Shown: piece after piece, positions 18,637 through 29,678 of the stretch
Numbering within the stretch: position 1 is the first letter of the stretch
Layout of the letters: each line of letters opens with the position of its first letter
Origin: Candidatus Latescibacterota bacterium
GTDB lineage: Bacteria > Latescibacterota > UBA2968 > UBA8231
Assembly: GCA_965205655.1 (NCBI GenBank)
Contig: CBDBIJ010000066.1
Span: 1-36,789 of the forward strand
Reading direction: 5' to 3'
DNA: 36,789 bases
Position numbers and translations under genes: made by a program
The notes under the pieces: generated by a model
Told to the model about the DNA's origin: nothing
Database searches by the model: none
What the model saw: only the letters and a program-made list of their open reading frames with translations

Positions 18637-19296
18637 ATGTTCGAACCCCTGCCCGAGACGTCGACGGACGGGCTGCTCGACGAGGTGCTGCGCTTCCGCA
18701 GCCACTACGACCGCTACGAAAAACCAGACGATATAAACGCTCTCATCGGGCTGTTTCCCAATGTGTCGGTTCGCGACGGCTACCTCCTCGACTACGTACA
18801 AGCCGCGTCGACGGAGGGGGTGATACAGCCGATCAGGCCTTTCGCGCGGCCGGGCGGGGATGAGTCCTGGATCCCAATGTTCGACCCCGACGAAGCAGCG
18901 CAGCGTGAAGAACTGGTCGAAGAGCTCTACCAGTATCTCCAGTTCGAACACAGTGCGGCAGGGCTCTTCGAATACGCCTTCTTCGTGATCGAATTATGGT
19001 CAATGCGAGCGAGTCGTCACGCGGCAGAATGGCTCGAGTCAACGCCCATTTTCACCGAGGCGCGGTTCGATCAGATTCTCGAGAAGGCCGGGCGGGTCAG
19101 CGATCTGAGGCGGCCCGAGCATTTCGGACCGCTGGCCAGAATCGACACTGAGGGCGGGAGGGTGCGCTTTCTCGTGCACACCCCTCTGGGGTGGGAGCGG
19201 ATCTACTACCTCGAAAGCATGGTGTATGGAGACGGCTTCGTCGATCAGGAAGCCGGTGAAATCGTCGCCGATTTGGGGTCGGGACACCTGTTTTGA
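18637..19296 (+). CDS. Hypothetical protein (acidic, soluble)
   Basis: 219-aa ORF with natural composition filling the space between flagellin and a convergent gene; no recognisable motif. Confidence 0.65.
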   Translation: MFEPLPETSTDGLLDEVLRFRSHYDRYEKPDDINALIGLFPNVSVRDGYLLDYVQAASTEGVIQPIRPFARPGGDESWIPMFDPDEAAQREELVEELYQYLQFEHSAAGLFEYAFFVIELWSMRASRHAAEWLESTPIFTEARFDQILEKAGRVSDLRRPEHFGPLARIDTEGGRVRFLVHTPLGWERIYYLESMVYGDGFVDQEAGEIVADLGSGHLF

Positions 19297-19317
19297 GACC
19301 GGCGCCAGCTCAGGCTA

Positions 19318-19724
19318 TCACAGGTAGCGGTCGAGACCTAGTTTCGCCCGCTTGACCTCCTTGTCCTTCTCCTGCTCCTCCTCTTCCTCTCTCTGCCGCT
19401 CCTCCTCAACCGCCTTGCGCTCTATATAGTTGGGCCGGGCGGGTAGTTGCGGAGCTGCTTGAAGTCTTCTTCAAGCGGTTCCAGCTGCCTCCTGCGCTCG
19501 GCGATCTGCTCCAGCTTGACCGGGATGTGGGCCTGCAAGACGTTGATCTCAGCCTCGATTTGCGCCATCCGGGTGTAGAGAGGACCACTCTGTTTGAGGT
19601 AGGTTAGCAGAGAGTGAACGAGGATGAAGACGCAAATCGTGAACACGCAGGTGAAGATGACCTCCGCGCTAAAGATGACGTCCACGTTCTGCCGGGTGAG
19701 CAACCCGCCTAGGATGTCTTGCAT
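19318..19724 (-). CDS. Hypothetical membrane-anchored coiled-coil protein, frameshift near 19420-19440
   Basis: Hydrophobic segment VIFTCVFTICVFILVHSLLTYL, then coiled coil. Continues in another frame as YIERKAVEEERQREEEEEQEKDKEVKRAKLGLDRYL* (TGA TAG). Confidence 0.6.
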
Positions 19725-19894
19725 AGGCTACCCCGAAACCGGCGCTGTCGTCGCAACGGCTGTTGCGGCCGCCCGCGCCGGCCCTCAAATGGGCCCTCGC
19801 CCGCGCCTGCAGAATTTTGCGTAAACTGTTTGCGTACAATAGGTAAAAGCGGCTTCTTAGGCAAAACCTCGGGTCGTCGACTGAGAAACGTGCA

Positions 19895-20416
19895 ATGAAC
19901 GAATCACCGCCGAGAAAGAAGCAGGCAACGCCGGTCGAACTGGCCGCCCTGCTGATGGAAACGGTGCGCCGCCCCAGCGGAGCCGAGGAGTCGGCCTTGC
20001 GGGAGCTGGCCGAATACCTCGGCGTGGGGCTGCAAAGCATGCAGTCCGAACTCATGTTTCTGCGTGCCTTCGCCGTCGATTTCGCCACCGGGATAGCTTT
20101 GGGGGACTCAGCTGAGAAGCAGGCCATCCTCGAGCGCTACTACCAGCATTGGGAAATAATGGACAACGAGGCGGAATCGGATGTGCTGGACCAGTTGCAG
20201 GATCGCCTCCAGCTCTACTTCGACGCCATCGATTCGCCGGAGTCGGGCCCAGCGGGCCTGGGCTCTCAGGTCGGCCTTGCTTTCGCCACGCGCTGCGACG
20301 AGACGGGTGAATGGCGTGAGGACCTGGCGATGCTCGGTGGATCGATGTTCGCGGCGCTTTTCGACGAGGTGACCGATCTCTTGCAGGAAGTGGAAATCGT
20401 GGTTTACGAGGCGTAG
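19895..20416 (+). CDS. Hypothetical protein (acidic, helical)
   Basis: 173-aa ORF 6 nt upstream of cfa; no motif recognised. Confidence 0.65.
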   Translation: MNESPPRKKQATPVELAALLMETVRRPSGAEESALRELAEYLGVGLQSMQSELMFLRAFAVDFATGIALGDSAEKQAILERYYQHWEIMDNEAESDVLDQLQDRLQLYFDAIDSPESGPAGLGSQVGLAFATRCDETGEWREDLAMLGGSMFAALFDEVTDLLQEVEIVVYEA

Positions 20417-20422
20417 AGGCTT

Positions 20423-21772
20423 ATGGATACACGAATGGAAAACAGCGGAACAATGACCGGGGCGGCAGTTTTCGCTGTCGACTCCGCGGTCGAGACCACC
20501 CTTTCTCTGCTCGAGGACCTGCTGGGCGCCTGTGACGTCGACTTCGCCGTGAGGCTCTGGGAGGGAACGACGTGGTCGCCGAGGCAGCGGCCAGAGCCGC
20601 GGGAAGGCGCCCCCGGCGTCATCCTCGTGCTGAGACACGCCTCGGCTCTCCGCCAGGCGCTGCTGAAGCCATCGGAGGTGAACCTGGCGGAGCGCTACAT
20701 CCACGACGACGTGGACATCGAGGGGGACTTGGAGTCACTCATACCGATCGGGGAGTCGCTGCTGGGTCAGCTGCGCGGTCCGCTCGACAAGCTGCGTCTC
20801 GGTCGACAGCTACTCGCACTGCCGTCGTCGCGCGGGCGCAAAGGACGGTTCGCCAACGGGCGACAGCGCGCCCACCTGTCCGGTGTGGAGCACTCGGCGA
20901 GCAGGGACAGCGCCGCGGTCACCCATCATTACAATGTTTCGAACGAATTCTACCGACTGTGGCTCGACCGCAACATGGTCTACTCCTGCGCGTTATTCTC
21001 GCGGGAAGACGAAGACCTGGACACCGCGCAGGAGCGCAAACTCGACTACATCTGTCGCAAGCTCAGGCTCGAGCCAGGGCAAAGGCTGCTCGACATCGGC
21101 TGTGGCTGGGGCGGCCTCATAACCCACGCGGCAGTCAACTACGGGGTCGAGGCCCACGGCATCACGCTGAGCGAACCTCAGGCAGAGCTGGCAAACGAAC
21201 GCATCGACGCGGCGGGTGTGGCCGACCGCTGCCGCGCCGATGTCCGCGACTACCGGGATCTGAAGGACGCCGAGGGCTACGACAAGATCGTCAGCGTTGG
21301 CATGGTCGAACACGTCGGAGGAGAAAAGCTGGACGAGTATTTCGGTGTGGCCTGGAGCCTCCTCAAACCGGGAGGCGTCTTCCTCAGTCATGGCATCGGG
21401 GACCTGCCCGAGAGACCAGCAAAGACGAACCGAGGCTTCATTCGGACCTACGTCTTTCCGGACATCGATCTGCCTCTCATCAGCCACATCTTCCGCGCCG
21501 CCGAGGCGAGCGGTTTCGAGTCGCGGGACCTCGAGAGTCTGCGCGAGCACTACGCCATGACCCTGCGCCACTGGGTGCGCCGGCTGGAGGCAAACCGGGA
21601 GGCGGCGCTTCGGCAGGTCGACGAGCGCACCTACCGCGTCTGGCGTCTCTACCTGGCCGGCTGCGCCAACTGGTTCGCAAGAGGCTACATAAGTGTCTAC
21701 CAGGCGCTGTTCGCAAAGCCGGATAATGGACGCAGCGGCATTCCCCTGCTGCGGCGGGACTGGTACGAGTGA
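20423..21772 (+). CDS. cfa: Cyclopropane-fatty-acyl-phospholipid synthase family SAM methyltransferase
   Basis: HHYNVSNEFYRLWLD.NMVYSCA, LLDIGCGWGG, GITLS..Q, DKIVSVGMVEHVG, YVFP, HYA.TL..W and RVWRLYLAGC. Confidence 0.92.
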   Translation: MDTRMENSGTMTGAAVFAVDSAVETTLSLLEDLLGACDVDFAVRLWEGTTWSPRQRPEPREGAPGVILVLRHASALRQALLKPSEVNLAERYIHDDVDIEGDLESLIPIGESLLGQLRGPLDKLRLGRQLLALPSSRGRKGRFANGRQRAHLSGVEHSASRDSAAVTHHYNVSNEFYRLWLDRNMVYSCALFSREDEDLDTAQERKLDYICRKLRLEPGQRLLDIGCGWGGLITHAAVNYGVEAHGITLSEPQAELANERIDAAGVADRCRADVRDYRDLKDAEGYDKIVSVGMVEHVGGEKLDEYFGVAWSLLKPGGVFLSHGIGDLPERPAKTNRGFIRTYVFPDIDLPLISHIFRAAEASGFESRDLESLREHYAMTLRHWVRRLEANREAALRQVDERTYRVWRLYLAGCANWFARGYISVYQALFAKPDNGRSGIPLLRRDWYE

Positions 21773-22386
21773 GAATCGGCGCCAACCACCGCCTCGAAGG
21801 CGAGGGGGTGGCGCACGTCGAGTCGCCGAATCACGGCGGTCCCTTCGCCAGCGGCGGTGCGGACACCATCGTCATCCACTTCACCGATTCGGCGACTCCG
21901 CAAGACGCAATCGACACCCTGTGCGACCCAAAACGCAAGGTCTCCGCCCACCTCGTCGTCGGCCGGGACGAATCGGTGGCGCAACTGCTGTCTTTCGACA
22001 CAGTGGGCTGGCACGCAGGCGAGAGTCGCTGGCACGGCCGCAGCGCTCTGAATCAGTACTCCATCGGTATCGAGGTGGACAACGCCGGCAGGCTCGAAGC
22101 GTCCGAGGGTGGCCGCTATCTGGCGTGGTTCGGCAAGGAGTACCCAGCCGAAGAGATGATCCGCGCCGTCCACCGCAACGAGTCGGAGCCATCGTGCTGG
22201 CACCGCTTCGCGACGGCGCAGGTCGAGCTGGTGGAGCGGCTGTGCGCGCTCCTCATCGAGGCCTACGGAATCGACACGATCGTCGGCCACGAGGAGATCG
22301 CCCCCGACCGCAAGGACGATCCAGGTCCAGCCTTTCCGCTGGACGAAATGCGCGATCGACTGTTCGCCGAACGACTACAAGCGTAG
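21769..22386 (+). CDS. N-acetylmuramoyl-L-alanine amidase (Amidase_2, AmpD-like)
   Basis: SPNH, IVIHFT, VSAHLVV, WHAGES, NQYSIGIE and VGHEEIAPDRK.DPGPAFP. GTG overlaps the cfa stop. Confidence 0.92.
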   Translation: MRIGANHRLEGEGVAHVESPNHGGPFASGGADTIVIHFTDSATPQDAIDTLCDPKRKVSAHLVVGRDESVAQLLSFDTVGWHAGESRWHGRSALNQYSIGIEVDNAGRLEASEGGRYLAWFGKEYPAEEMIRAVHRNESEPSCWHRFATAQVELVERLCALLIEAYGIDTIVGHEEIAPDRKDDPGPAFPLDEMRDRLFAERLQA

Positions 22387-22396
22387 GGACCGGTCC

Positions 22397-25337
22397 CTAT
22401 GACGTACTCGGCGCCCGGCTCTCCCAGAGCTGAATCGCTTCACCCATCACCCGCTCCACATCCTCGCGATCGAAGGGTTTGGCCAGCACGAGGTCGACGA
22501 CGGACTTCGGGTCCGCGTCTGCGCTCTTGTATTCCCAGCCGGTCATGAGAACGACGACAGTGCGCGGTGAGCTCGCCTTCACCTGCTGCGCGATCTCCAA
22601 ACCGGACACTTCAGCCATGACCCAGTCGCTGACGACGACATCGAAGGTCTCCCTGCGCACTCGCTCGAGTCCCTCGGCACTGCGGTCAGTGGTTTCGACG
22701 CGGTGGCTGTGCAGCGGCGGCGGCAGCAGCTCGAGGACGCGCGGCTCATCGTCGATGATGAGGATGCGCAGCGCCCTGCCGTTGCCGCCGTTCGCTCTGA
22801 CAGATTCGGTTTCTTCGCGCACCGAGGCGATCGGCACGCGTATATCGAATCTCGCACCCTCTCCCGGGCGGCTGGCGACCTCGACGCGACCACCCATGGT
22901 CTGCACCAGGCCCCAGATGGTGCTCAGACCTAGGCCGGTGCCCTGCTCCAAACCCTTCGTGGTGAAGAACGGCTCGAAGACACGGCGGCGAGTCTCCTCA
23001 TCCATGCCGATGCCGTCGTCGGACACCGACAGCACGACCTGCTCGCCATCCTGCCGGGTCTGCACGGTTATGACGCCGCCCTCCGGCATAGCGTCGACGG
23101 CGTTGAAGATGAGATTGGAGAGGATCTCTTCCCATGCGGCGCCCTGGCTTCTGATTGGCGGCACCTGCTCGAGATCCATTTCAACCCTCACGGAAAGACC
23201 GGCCTGCTCCGACTGGTTCTTCCACTTCGGCCTCGTGAGATCGACGGTGTCGCGCACCACATCGGAGAGATTGACGAGCTCCGTTTTCTGCGCGTCGATG
23301 GGCCGGCCGAAGGTCTGGATGCGGCGGACGATCGCCGAGCACCGCCGGGCCGATTCCAGAATGCGGTTGGCATCGTGCTTTAGAGTCTCGGGCAGATCGT
23401 CGTGCATGCCGATCAACTCGGCGTTACCGAGCACGACGGTGAGCAGGTTGTTGAAGTTGTGCGCCACCCCGGCAGCCATCTCGCCCAAGGCTCGCAGTTT
23501 CTCCGCCTGGTGCAGCTGTTCGCGAAAGCGCATCGTCGCCTGCTCGCGATCGCGCCGCTCGGTTATGTCGCGTCCGATGGCGTGAACGCCGGTCGTCTCA
23601 CCAGCCTGGACGATCCAGCGGGATACGAGCTCGAAGGTGGACTGCGAGCGGTCGGCTCGGACGAAGTTCGTCTCCACGACCGATCTTCGCTCACCGGGTC
23701 TGGCAAGCTCCACCTGCTCCCGAACGCGACCGGCGTCCGCTGGAGACAGCAAGGAGTACATACTCTGGCCGATCACATCGGCAGACGCATACCCCAGAGC
23801 CTGCAATCCCGCTTTGTTCACCGAGGTGAACCGCATTTCAAGATCGGTGGTGAAGACGAGGTCTTGGGCGTTGTCGAACAGGTCCCGGTAGGCCCGCTCC
23901 GACTCCTCGAGAGCTTGCGTTGATTCCGAGAGGGCGGCGGCCATGTCGTTGAAGGAGCGGGCGAGCTGACCGATCTCGCTGCGGGTCGTTACATCGAGGC
24001 GGTGGTCGAGATCGCCAGTGGCGAGTCGCCGGGTGCCGTCGACGAGAGCCAGCACGGGCCGGGTGATGCGACGAGCGCCGAGAAAGCTGACGAGGGCGGC
24101 GACGACCATGACGCCGAAGCCGATGAGGAGCAGAACTCGCTCGAGCGCACTCAAGAACTCGAAGGCCTGGTCGAGCGAGAGCTGAATGAGGTAGAATCCG
24201 CCGCCGTGTGATAAGGGGCGGTCGCTTTCGGGTTCGGCCTGGGAGACGGGGGCGAACTCGCCGGCCGATGAGAGGTAGGTCTCCGAGCCGACCCGCATCT
24301 GAAAGTGGCTCTCCCTCTGGAAACGCCGATCATCCAGCTGCTGCTGAAGCTCCAGTCGCCGAGGCTCGTCCCAGGTCGAGGCGACGACGAGACCATTGTG
24401 GATGAAAGAGACCTGGCTGCGCATCATCTGACCGAGGTCCGCTGCCAGTTGGTCGTCGATCTCAAACCCGACGCTGAGGCTGCCGACGACCTGTCCCTGC
24501 GACCAGACCGGAACCGCCGCGAGGGTGGTAGAGCCTCTCGCTGTCGATGTAGAGACCGCTCACCTCGCGGCCCTCGAGGGCCGCCTCGACCGGCTCGCGG
24601 GTCGAGAAGTCCTCGCCGGAGCTCACCTCGCACAGGGTGATCACCGTTGGTGTTTTATGGCGGTCGGATATCGCAATCACATCCGGGGCGAAGGCGAGCT
24701 GAAGCTCCCGCAACAGACCGGAAGCGCCGCCGATGCGGCCAGTCTCCAGAGCCCGGCGAGTCTCGCTGGAGGCAGCGAGCTGGCGGAGATGCGCGGTCAC
24801 CGGTGAGACGTCGACCGGCTCGGCAAACCCGACGCTCAGGAAGGCGATTTCCTCATCGCCCTCCCGGACCGGCTCCGAGACCACGTGGTAGTCGCGACCA
24901 CCGATAATCCAGCGCCCCTCTACGCCCGAGCTCTCAGCCTCAACAACGTCGTCGGAGATCTCGGAGACTTCGAGTCGCGCCAGTACTCGGCCGGATCGAT
25001 TCGTGGTGACGAAGAGATCGCTGCCGATGATGCTCTGAAACTGCTTGGCCACAGGGATCACGGTGCGCGCGTGCGTCTCGAGGTCGGGGTCAGGAATGTC
25101 GAGGGTCGCCGAGAACCGCGGGTCTTCGGCCACGACCAGGCTCTGCGAGCGGAGCCAGTCGGCTCGCTCTCTCATAAGGGCGTCGAAGACAGACCCAGTT
25201 CTGTCGAGATCGTCGGCGAGCTGCAGCCGGATGCGGTGCTCGACTGAGTTGTGGATGACGGCCAGCGTCAACGCCACAAGGGCGACGACGATGCCGAAGG
25301 TGAGCAGGAGCAGGCGATTCCTGAGAGTGAGTTTCAC
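22397..25337 (-). CDS. Membrane hybrid sensor histidine kinase (periplasmic Cache-like, HAMP, PAS, HisKA, HATPase, REC), frameshift near 24523
   Basis: TM1 in ORF 24462..25337. Removing one C gives LYHLAAVPVWSQGQVVGSLSVGFEIDD in frame with ORF 22397..24427, which has TM2, HAMP (EIGQLARSFNDM), PAS (RDITER), H-box GVAHNFNN, N box, DDGIGM, FEPFFTTK, GTGLGL and REC (IIDDE, SDWVM, KPF). Confidence 0.9.
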
Positions 25338-25360
25338 TGGAGGAGAGCTGCTTACACCCG

Positions 25361-26026
25361 CTAAAACTGTATGTCGACGCAGGCGGCGCCGTCGTCGGGC
25401 ACCTCGACCTGGTAGCGGCGCTCACCCCCGGTGGGATGCCAGGCTTTCAGATCGTAGGACCCGGCGGGCACGGTGAGCTCGTAGTGTCCGTCGCCCTGCG
25501 GGACGGTGAAGTGGGGGTTGCCGAGCACGACGATGAAGGCCTTCATGCCGGCGTGGATCTCGCAGCGCACGACCACGACGGCGGGTGCGTCGAAAACCTG
25601 CTCGGCTGCCTTGCCCCTACCGTAGCGACCCAGGTCGAAACGGTCGCCGGCGACGATGGAAAAGACGTTGTGGTAATAGTCGTCGTCGTTGGGAAACTCG
25701 ACGGTGGTGCCCGCCAGCACCGGCAAAACATGGGGGATGAAGCGATCGTGACTCTGGCGCATGACCGCCGCTTCGCTCGGGCTTGCCACGCCCTCGGGGC
25801 CGTTCTCGAGGTAGACGACGACGCTGCGAAGCGGATTCGGCGCGTCGCGCCTAGCGCCAGTAGCAGCGCGGTAAGGGCCGCGGTGGTAGCGCGGCGGGCG
25901 CTCGCGCTCAGGGCTCAGCTGCAGGCTCACCGAGCCCCGAATCGTGCCGGCCTGTGCCGGTCCCACCGGCGGTCCGCTGGCGACCAGCAGCAGGGTGACC
26001 GACAGGACGAGGCGTATCCGGTTCAA
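25361..26026 (-). CDS. Exported cupredoxin-like protein with C-terminal carboxypeptidase-regulatory-like (SD-repeat type) domain
   Basis: Signal peptide; F.PHVLPVLAGTTVEFPN.D..YHNVFS...FDLG.Y...CEIH.GM (His, Cys, His, Met, a type-1 copper-like ligand set), then G.YEL.VPAGSYDL.AWH. Confidence 0.75.
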   Translation of the reverse strand: MNRIRLVLSVTLLLVASGPPVGPAQAGTIRGSVSLQLSPERERPPRYHRGPYRAATGARRDAPNPLRSVVVYLENGPEGVASPSEAAVMRQSHDRFIPHVLPVLAGTTVEFPNDDDYYHNVFSIVAGDRFDLGRYGRGKAAEQVFDAPAVVVVRCEIHAGMKAFIVVLGNPHFTVPQGDGHYELTVPAGSYDLKAWHPTGGERRYQVEVPDDGAACVDIQF

Positions 26027-27270
26027 AACAGCAGCGTCAGTTGCGCAGCCAGGATGTGCTCGCCGTCCGTTTCTGAACCGGGCCGGCCGAGATCGTTGAG
26101 CTGGGCAACGAGCTTGGCGATGACTGGCTCGGTGGGCCGATACCCCAGGCCGAGCTCAAGACGGTCGACATCGTTGTCCCACGGCTCCGAGTTGGCGGCT
26201 CCGGTGCCGTCGTCGATCTCACCGAAGCGGAGCCCGTCGTAACGGGCGGCCGCGAACAGCCCCGGTCGCAGGCTGTACCTACCCTCCACATAATAGCCGA
26301 AGACTTCCAAATCCTCCCGGCGGTTCCCAGTATCGCGAACGTTGGGCGATTCCCAGCTGTTGGATACCAGCTCTGCATGGATCTGGAGATGACGAATTCC
26401 GTACTCCATGGAGAGCCCGACGATTTGCTGGTCGAAGTCCTCCACATCCGAGCCGGCGGCCCGCAGGGTGTCGCCGACAGCTCTATCGAGGTAGGGCCCA
26501 CGGGCGAAGGAGCCCCGCACCAGGAGTCCGGTGAATGGGACGAATCCGAGGCGCAACGCCAGCTGACGGCCGTCGTTGTTGTCGACGGCGTTCGAACGCG
26601 GATCGGAAAGGGTGCCCTGGGTGAGGGCGGCGAGATACTCGAAACGCCAGACCGAGCCGATAGCGCTGGCACCGAAGTCCCAACAGGAGTCGTACACGAG
26701 CGGCAGGCCGCTGAACCTGAGGGGAGAGCCGCCTCCGCCGTATCCTCCGAACCGGGCGGAGGGACCCTGGCCGCGGCGGCTGAGCAGCTCGGCGTTGCTC
26801 GCCGGCAGCTGGTTTGACCGCAGCGAGGTGGCGTAGTGGTAGATGAGCGGGATGCCGAGCAGCGGGTTCTTGTCGGTGTAGGAGCGCTCGGTGAAGTGAC
26901 CGAACGGGGTCGGGATTTTTCCCGCCTCGATACTCAGATCGACACTTTCGCTGGCGAACAGCTCATAGCGCAGGTAGGAGCGCAGAAAGCTTCCCAGCGT
27001 AGCCCGCCCGGAGGGGTCGACGGGGAGCTGGTTGAACAAGGTCAGGCGCTCGTCGACGACGACATCGGCAAACAGGTTGAGACGCAGATGACTGAAGGGG
27101 CTGTCCGACCGGCGCAGGAGGTTGGCGTGACGAGCATCTTCGCCGGCATCCGACAGAAGAATATCGAACGTACCGGCCACGAAGACGGCGGGATCCGTCT
27201 CAGCGCTCGCCCGACCAGTTGTTGAGGTGAGCAGCACGGCGAGCGAGACTACACAGAGCGCTCTTGCCAT
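26023..27270 (-). CDS. Outer-membrane beta-barrel (porin-like) protein
   Basis: Signal peptide (ASA cleavage), GKIPTPFG, DNNDGRQ...RLG, YYVEGRY, ARYD, alternating amphipathic strands and C-terminal AQLTLLF ending in Phe. Confidence 0.75.
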   Translation of the reverse strand: MARALCVVSLAVLLTSTTGRASAETDPAVFVAGTFDILLSDAGEDARHANLLRRSDSPFSHLRLNLFADVVVDERLTLFNQLPVDPSGRATLGSFLRSYLRYELFASESVDLSIEAGKIPTPFGHFTERSYTDKNPLLGIPLIYHYATSLRSNQLPASNAELLSRRGQGPSARFGGYGGGGSPLRFSGLPLVYDSCWDFGASAIGSVWRFEYLAALTQGTLSDPRSNAVDNNDGRQLALRLGFVPFTGLLVRGSFARGPYLDRAVGDTLRAAGSDVEDFDQQIVGLSMEYGIRHLQIHAELVSNSWESPNVRDTGNRREDLEVFGYYVEGRYSLRPGLFAAARYDGLRFGEIDDGTGAANSEPWDNDVDRLELGLGYRPTEPVIAKLVAQLNDLGRPGSETDGEHILAAQLTLLF

Positions 27271-27411
27271 TCGCTTAAGGTATCTCAGCAGAGTGGGGTA
27301 TGAAAGGGAGGACGTACTCCTGCCGCATTTGACGGGGCGGTGTGGATGCCAGTGATTTTTCTCTCAAGATGCTATTCAGAAAGAAGATACGCGGATTCCC
27401 CGGCGTCGAGA

Positions 27412-29678
27412 ATGAGGCAGACCTCGCGAGGCCGCGTCTGGCGCGGCGCCGCGCTCGCAACGCCCGCTGGAGGCGTGTCCTCGCCTTGTCCTGGGCCGGT
27501 ATCACCGTCGCAGCAGCGACCGGGTTCGCAGATTGGCCCAGCTGGCGGGGAGCCGAGCAAACCGGTGCATCACGAGAAGCGGGTCTCATTTCATCGTGGA
27601 CGGTGGATGGCGCCGGTCAGCTCTGGCGCGCCGATTTCATCGGCCGCTCCACACCGGTCATCTTCGACGGGCGCGTTTGCGCCGTCGGCAGATCCGGTGA
27701 CGGCGTTTCAAAACGGGAGCGGGTTTCGTGCTTCGATACTGCCAGCGGCGACCTTATCTGGGACCACCGCTTCAACGTCTTTCACACGACCATTCCCTTC
27801 AACCGGGTGGGGTGGGCGAGCCCAGCCTTCGACCCGGAAACGGGAAACCTCTACGCCCACGGAGTGCAGGGGCTGCTGCTGTGCTACGGCAAGAGAGGTG
27901 ACATCCTGTGGCAACGCTCACTTACCGAGGAATTCGGACGGATCTCCGGGTACGGCGGCCGCATTCACACGCCTGTCGTGGACGGTGACCTCGTCATCGT
28001 CAGCTATCTGAACAGAAGTTGGGGCGATCACAGAATTCCGAGACATAGATACTTCGCCTTCGACAAGTACACGGGCGAGGTAGTGTGGATTGCGACGCCT
28101 GGTGGCCGCCCACTCGACACGACCTACTCGACGCCGGTCGTGGCCGACATCGACGGCGCGCGGCTGCTCATCGCCGGCAATGCCGACGGCGGCATCTACG
28201 GGATGAAGGTGACGACCGGGGAAAAAGTGTGGGGCTTCGCGCTGAGCAAGCGCGGCATCAACGCCTCCGTCGTCGTCGAGGGCACGCGGGTCTACGCCGC
28301 CCATAGCGAGGAGAACGTGGACGGCACCGTCATGGGGCGTGTCGTCTGCATCGACGCCACGGGCTCGGGGGATGTGACCGCGACTCACGAGCTGTGGCGT
28401 TACGACGGATGTCAGGTGGGATACGCCTCACCGGTCGTGCACGAGGGCCGGGTTTACGCGGTGGACAACAGTGCCAACCTCCACTGTCTGAATGCTGACA
28501 ACGGCGAGCTGATGTGGACGCACAACGTCGGCACCGTGGGCCGCGGCTCGCCGGTGTGGGCAGACGGCAAGCTCTACGTCACGGAAGTGAACGGCAGCAT
28601 CCAGATTCTGGAACCCGACGACAAGGCCTGCAGCGTGCTCGACTCGGATACCATTCGTATGCCCGACGGCGGCCCTGCAGAGATCTTCGGCTCGCCTGCT
28701 GTGGCTGACGGTCTCGTCTACGTCGCCACCGAGGCTGGGTTGCTCTGCCTGGGAGAGGGTGGGCGGGAACGATCGAGCACGAGCCTCCAGTGGCGCGTCA
28801 GCACACGCCGGCAGGCACCCCGGATACAACTCGTGCCGGCAGAAGTCTCGATCGCGCCGGGGGACTCGGTTCGATTCTCCGTCAACGCTTTCAATCAGAA
28901 GGGTCGCAAGGTGGCGTCTTCAGCGGCGACAAAGTGGGAGATGGAGGGGCTCTCGGGAACGTTGGTCGACGGACTTTTTGCGACGGAGGCGGAGAGTGGG
29001 CAGGTCGGGCTCGTCCGGGTTCGCGTTGGCGGAGGAGGGGGAGGCAACGACGGGAGGCTCGAAAGCACCGCCAGGGTTCGAGTAGTGCCCCACGGATCGT
29101 GGTCCGAAGATTTCGAAAGCATGAGCGTCGAGGAGGGATCGAACGCGGCCCCCGGTCACTGGATCGGAGCGGGAGGCAAGTTCGTCGTGCGCCAGCTCGA
29201 TGACGGCAACAAGGTGTTCGTGAAAACGCTGGCGAAGCGGGGACTGCAACGCTCGAACGTCTTCCTGGGGGAGCCGGACATGAGCGGCTACTCGATCCAG
29301 ATCGATCTGATGGGCTCGAAAGCAAAGCGGAACCGCCCGGACATGGGACTTATCGCCAATCGCTACACCCTCGACATGATGGGGAACCACCAGCAACTGC
29401 AGATCCGCTCGTGGGCTGCCGAGCTGCGGATGGCGACGCAGGTGCCCTTCGAGTGGGAGACGGAGGTGTGGTACCGAATGAAGATGACGATCGCCGACGA
29501 CAAAGGAAAAGCCGTTGTCAAAGGCAAAGTCTGGAAACGCGCCGATCCCGAGCCGCAGGGCTGGACGATCACGGCAGAAGATCCCTTTCCCAATCGTGAA
29601 GGCAGCCCGGGACTGTACGGATATTCGGCGGCTGAAATCTCCTACGACAACCTCATCGTGACGGTGGCAGAGAAATGA
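27412..29678 (+). CDS. Exported PQQ-binding-like (BamB-like) beta-propeller with C-terminal Ig-like and beta-sandwich domains; start uncertain (ATG 27412 plus probable frameshift near 27465, or in-frame GTG 27342)
   Basis: ADWPSWRG, repeated S(T/S)PV..DG and D..TGE..W propeller blades; then RIQLVPAEVSIAPGDSVRF and WSEDFE...WYRMK...GKVW...EP..WT...GSPGLYG. Confidence 0.85.

Noticed and set aside
19355..19410. CT-rich simple repeat tract
   Set aside because: It is the antisense of Glu/Lys/Arg-rich coding sequence, not a repeat element.
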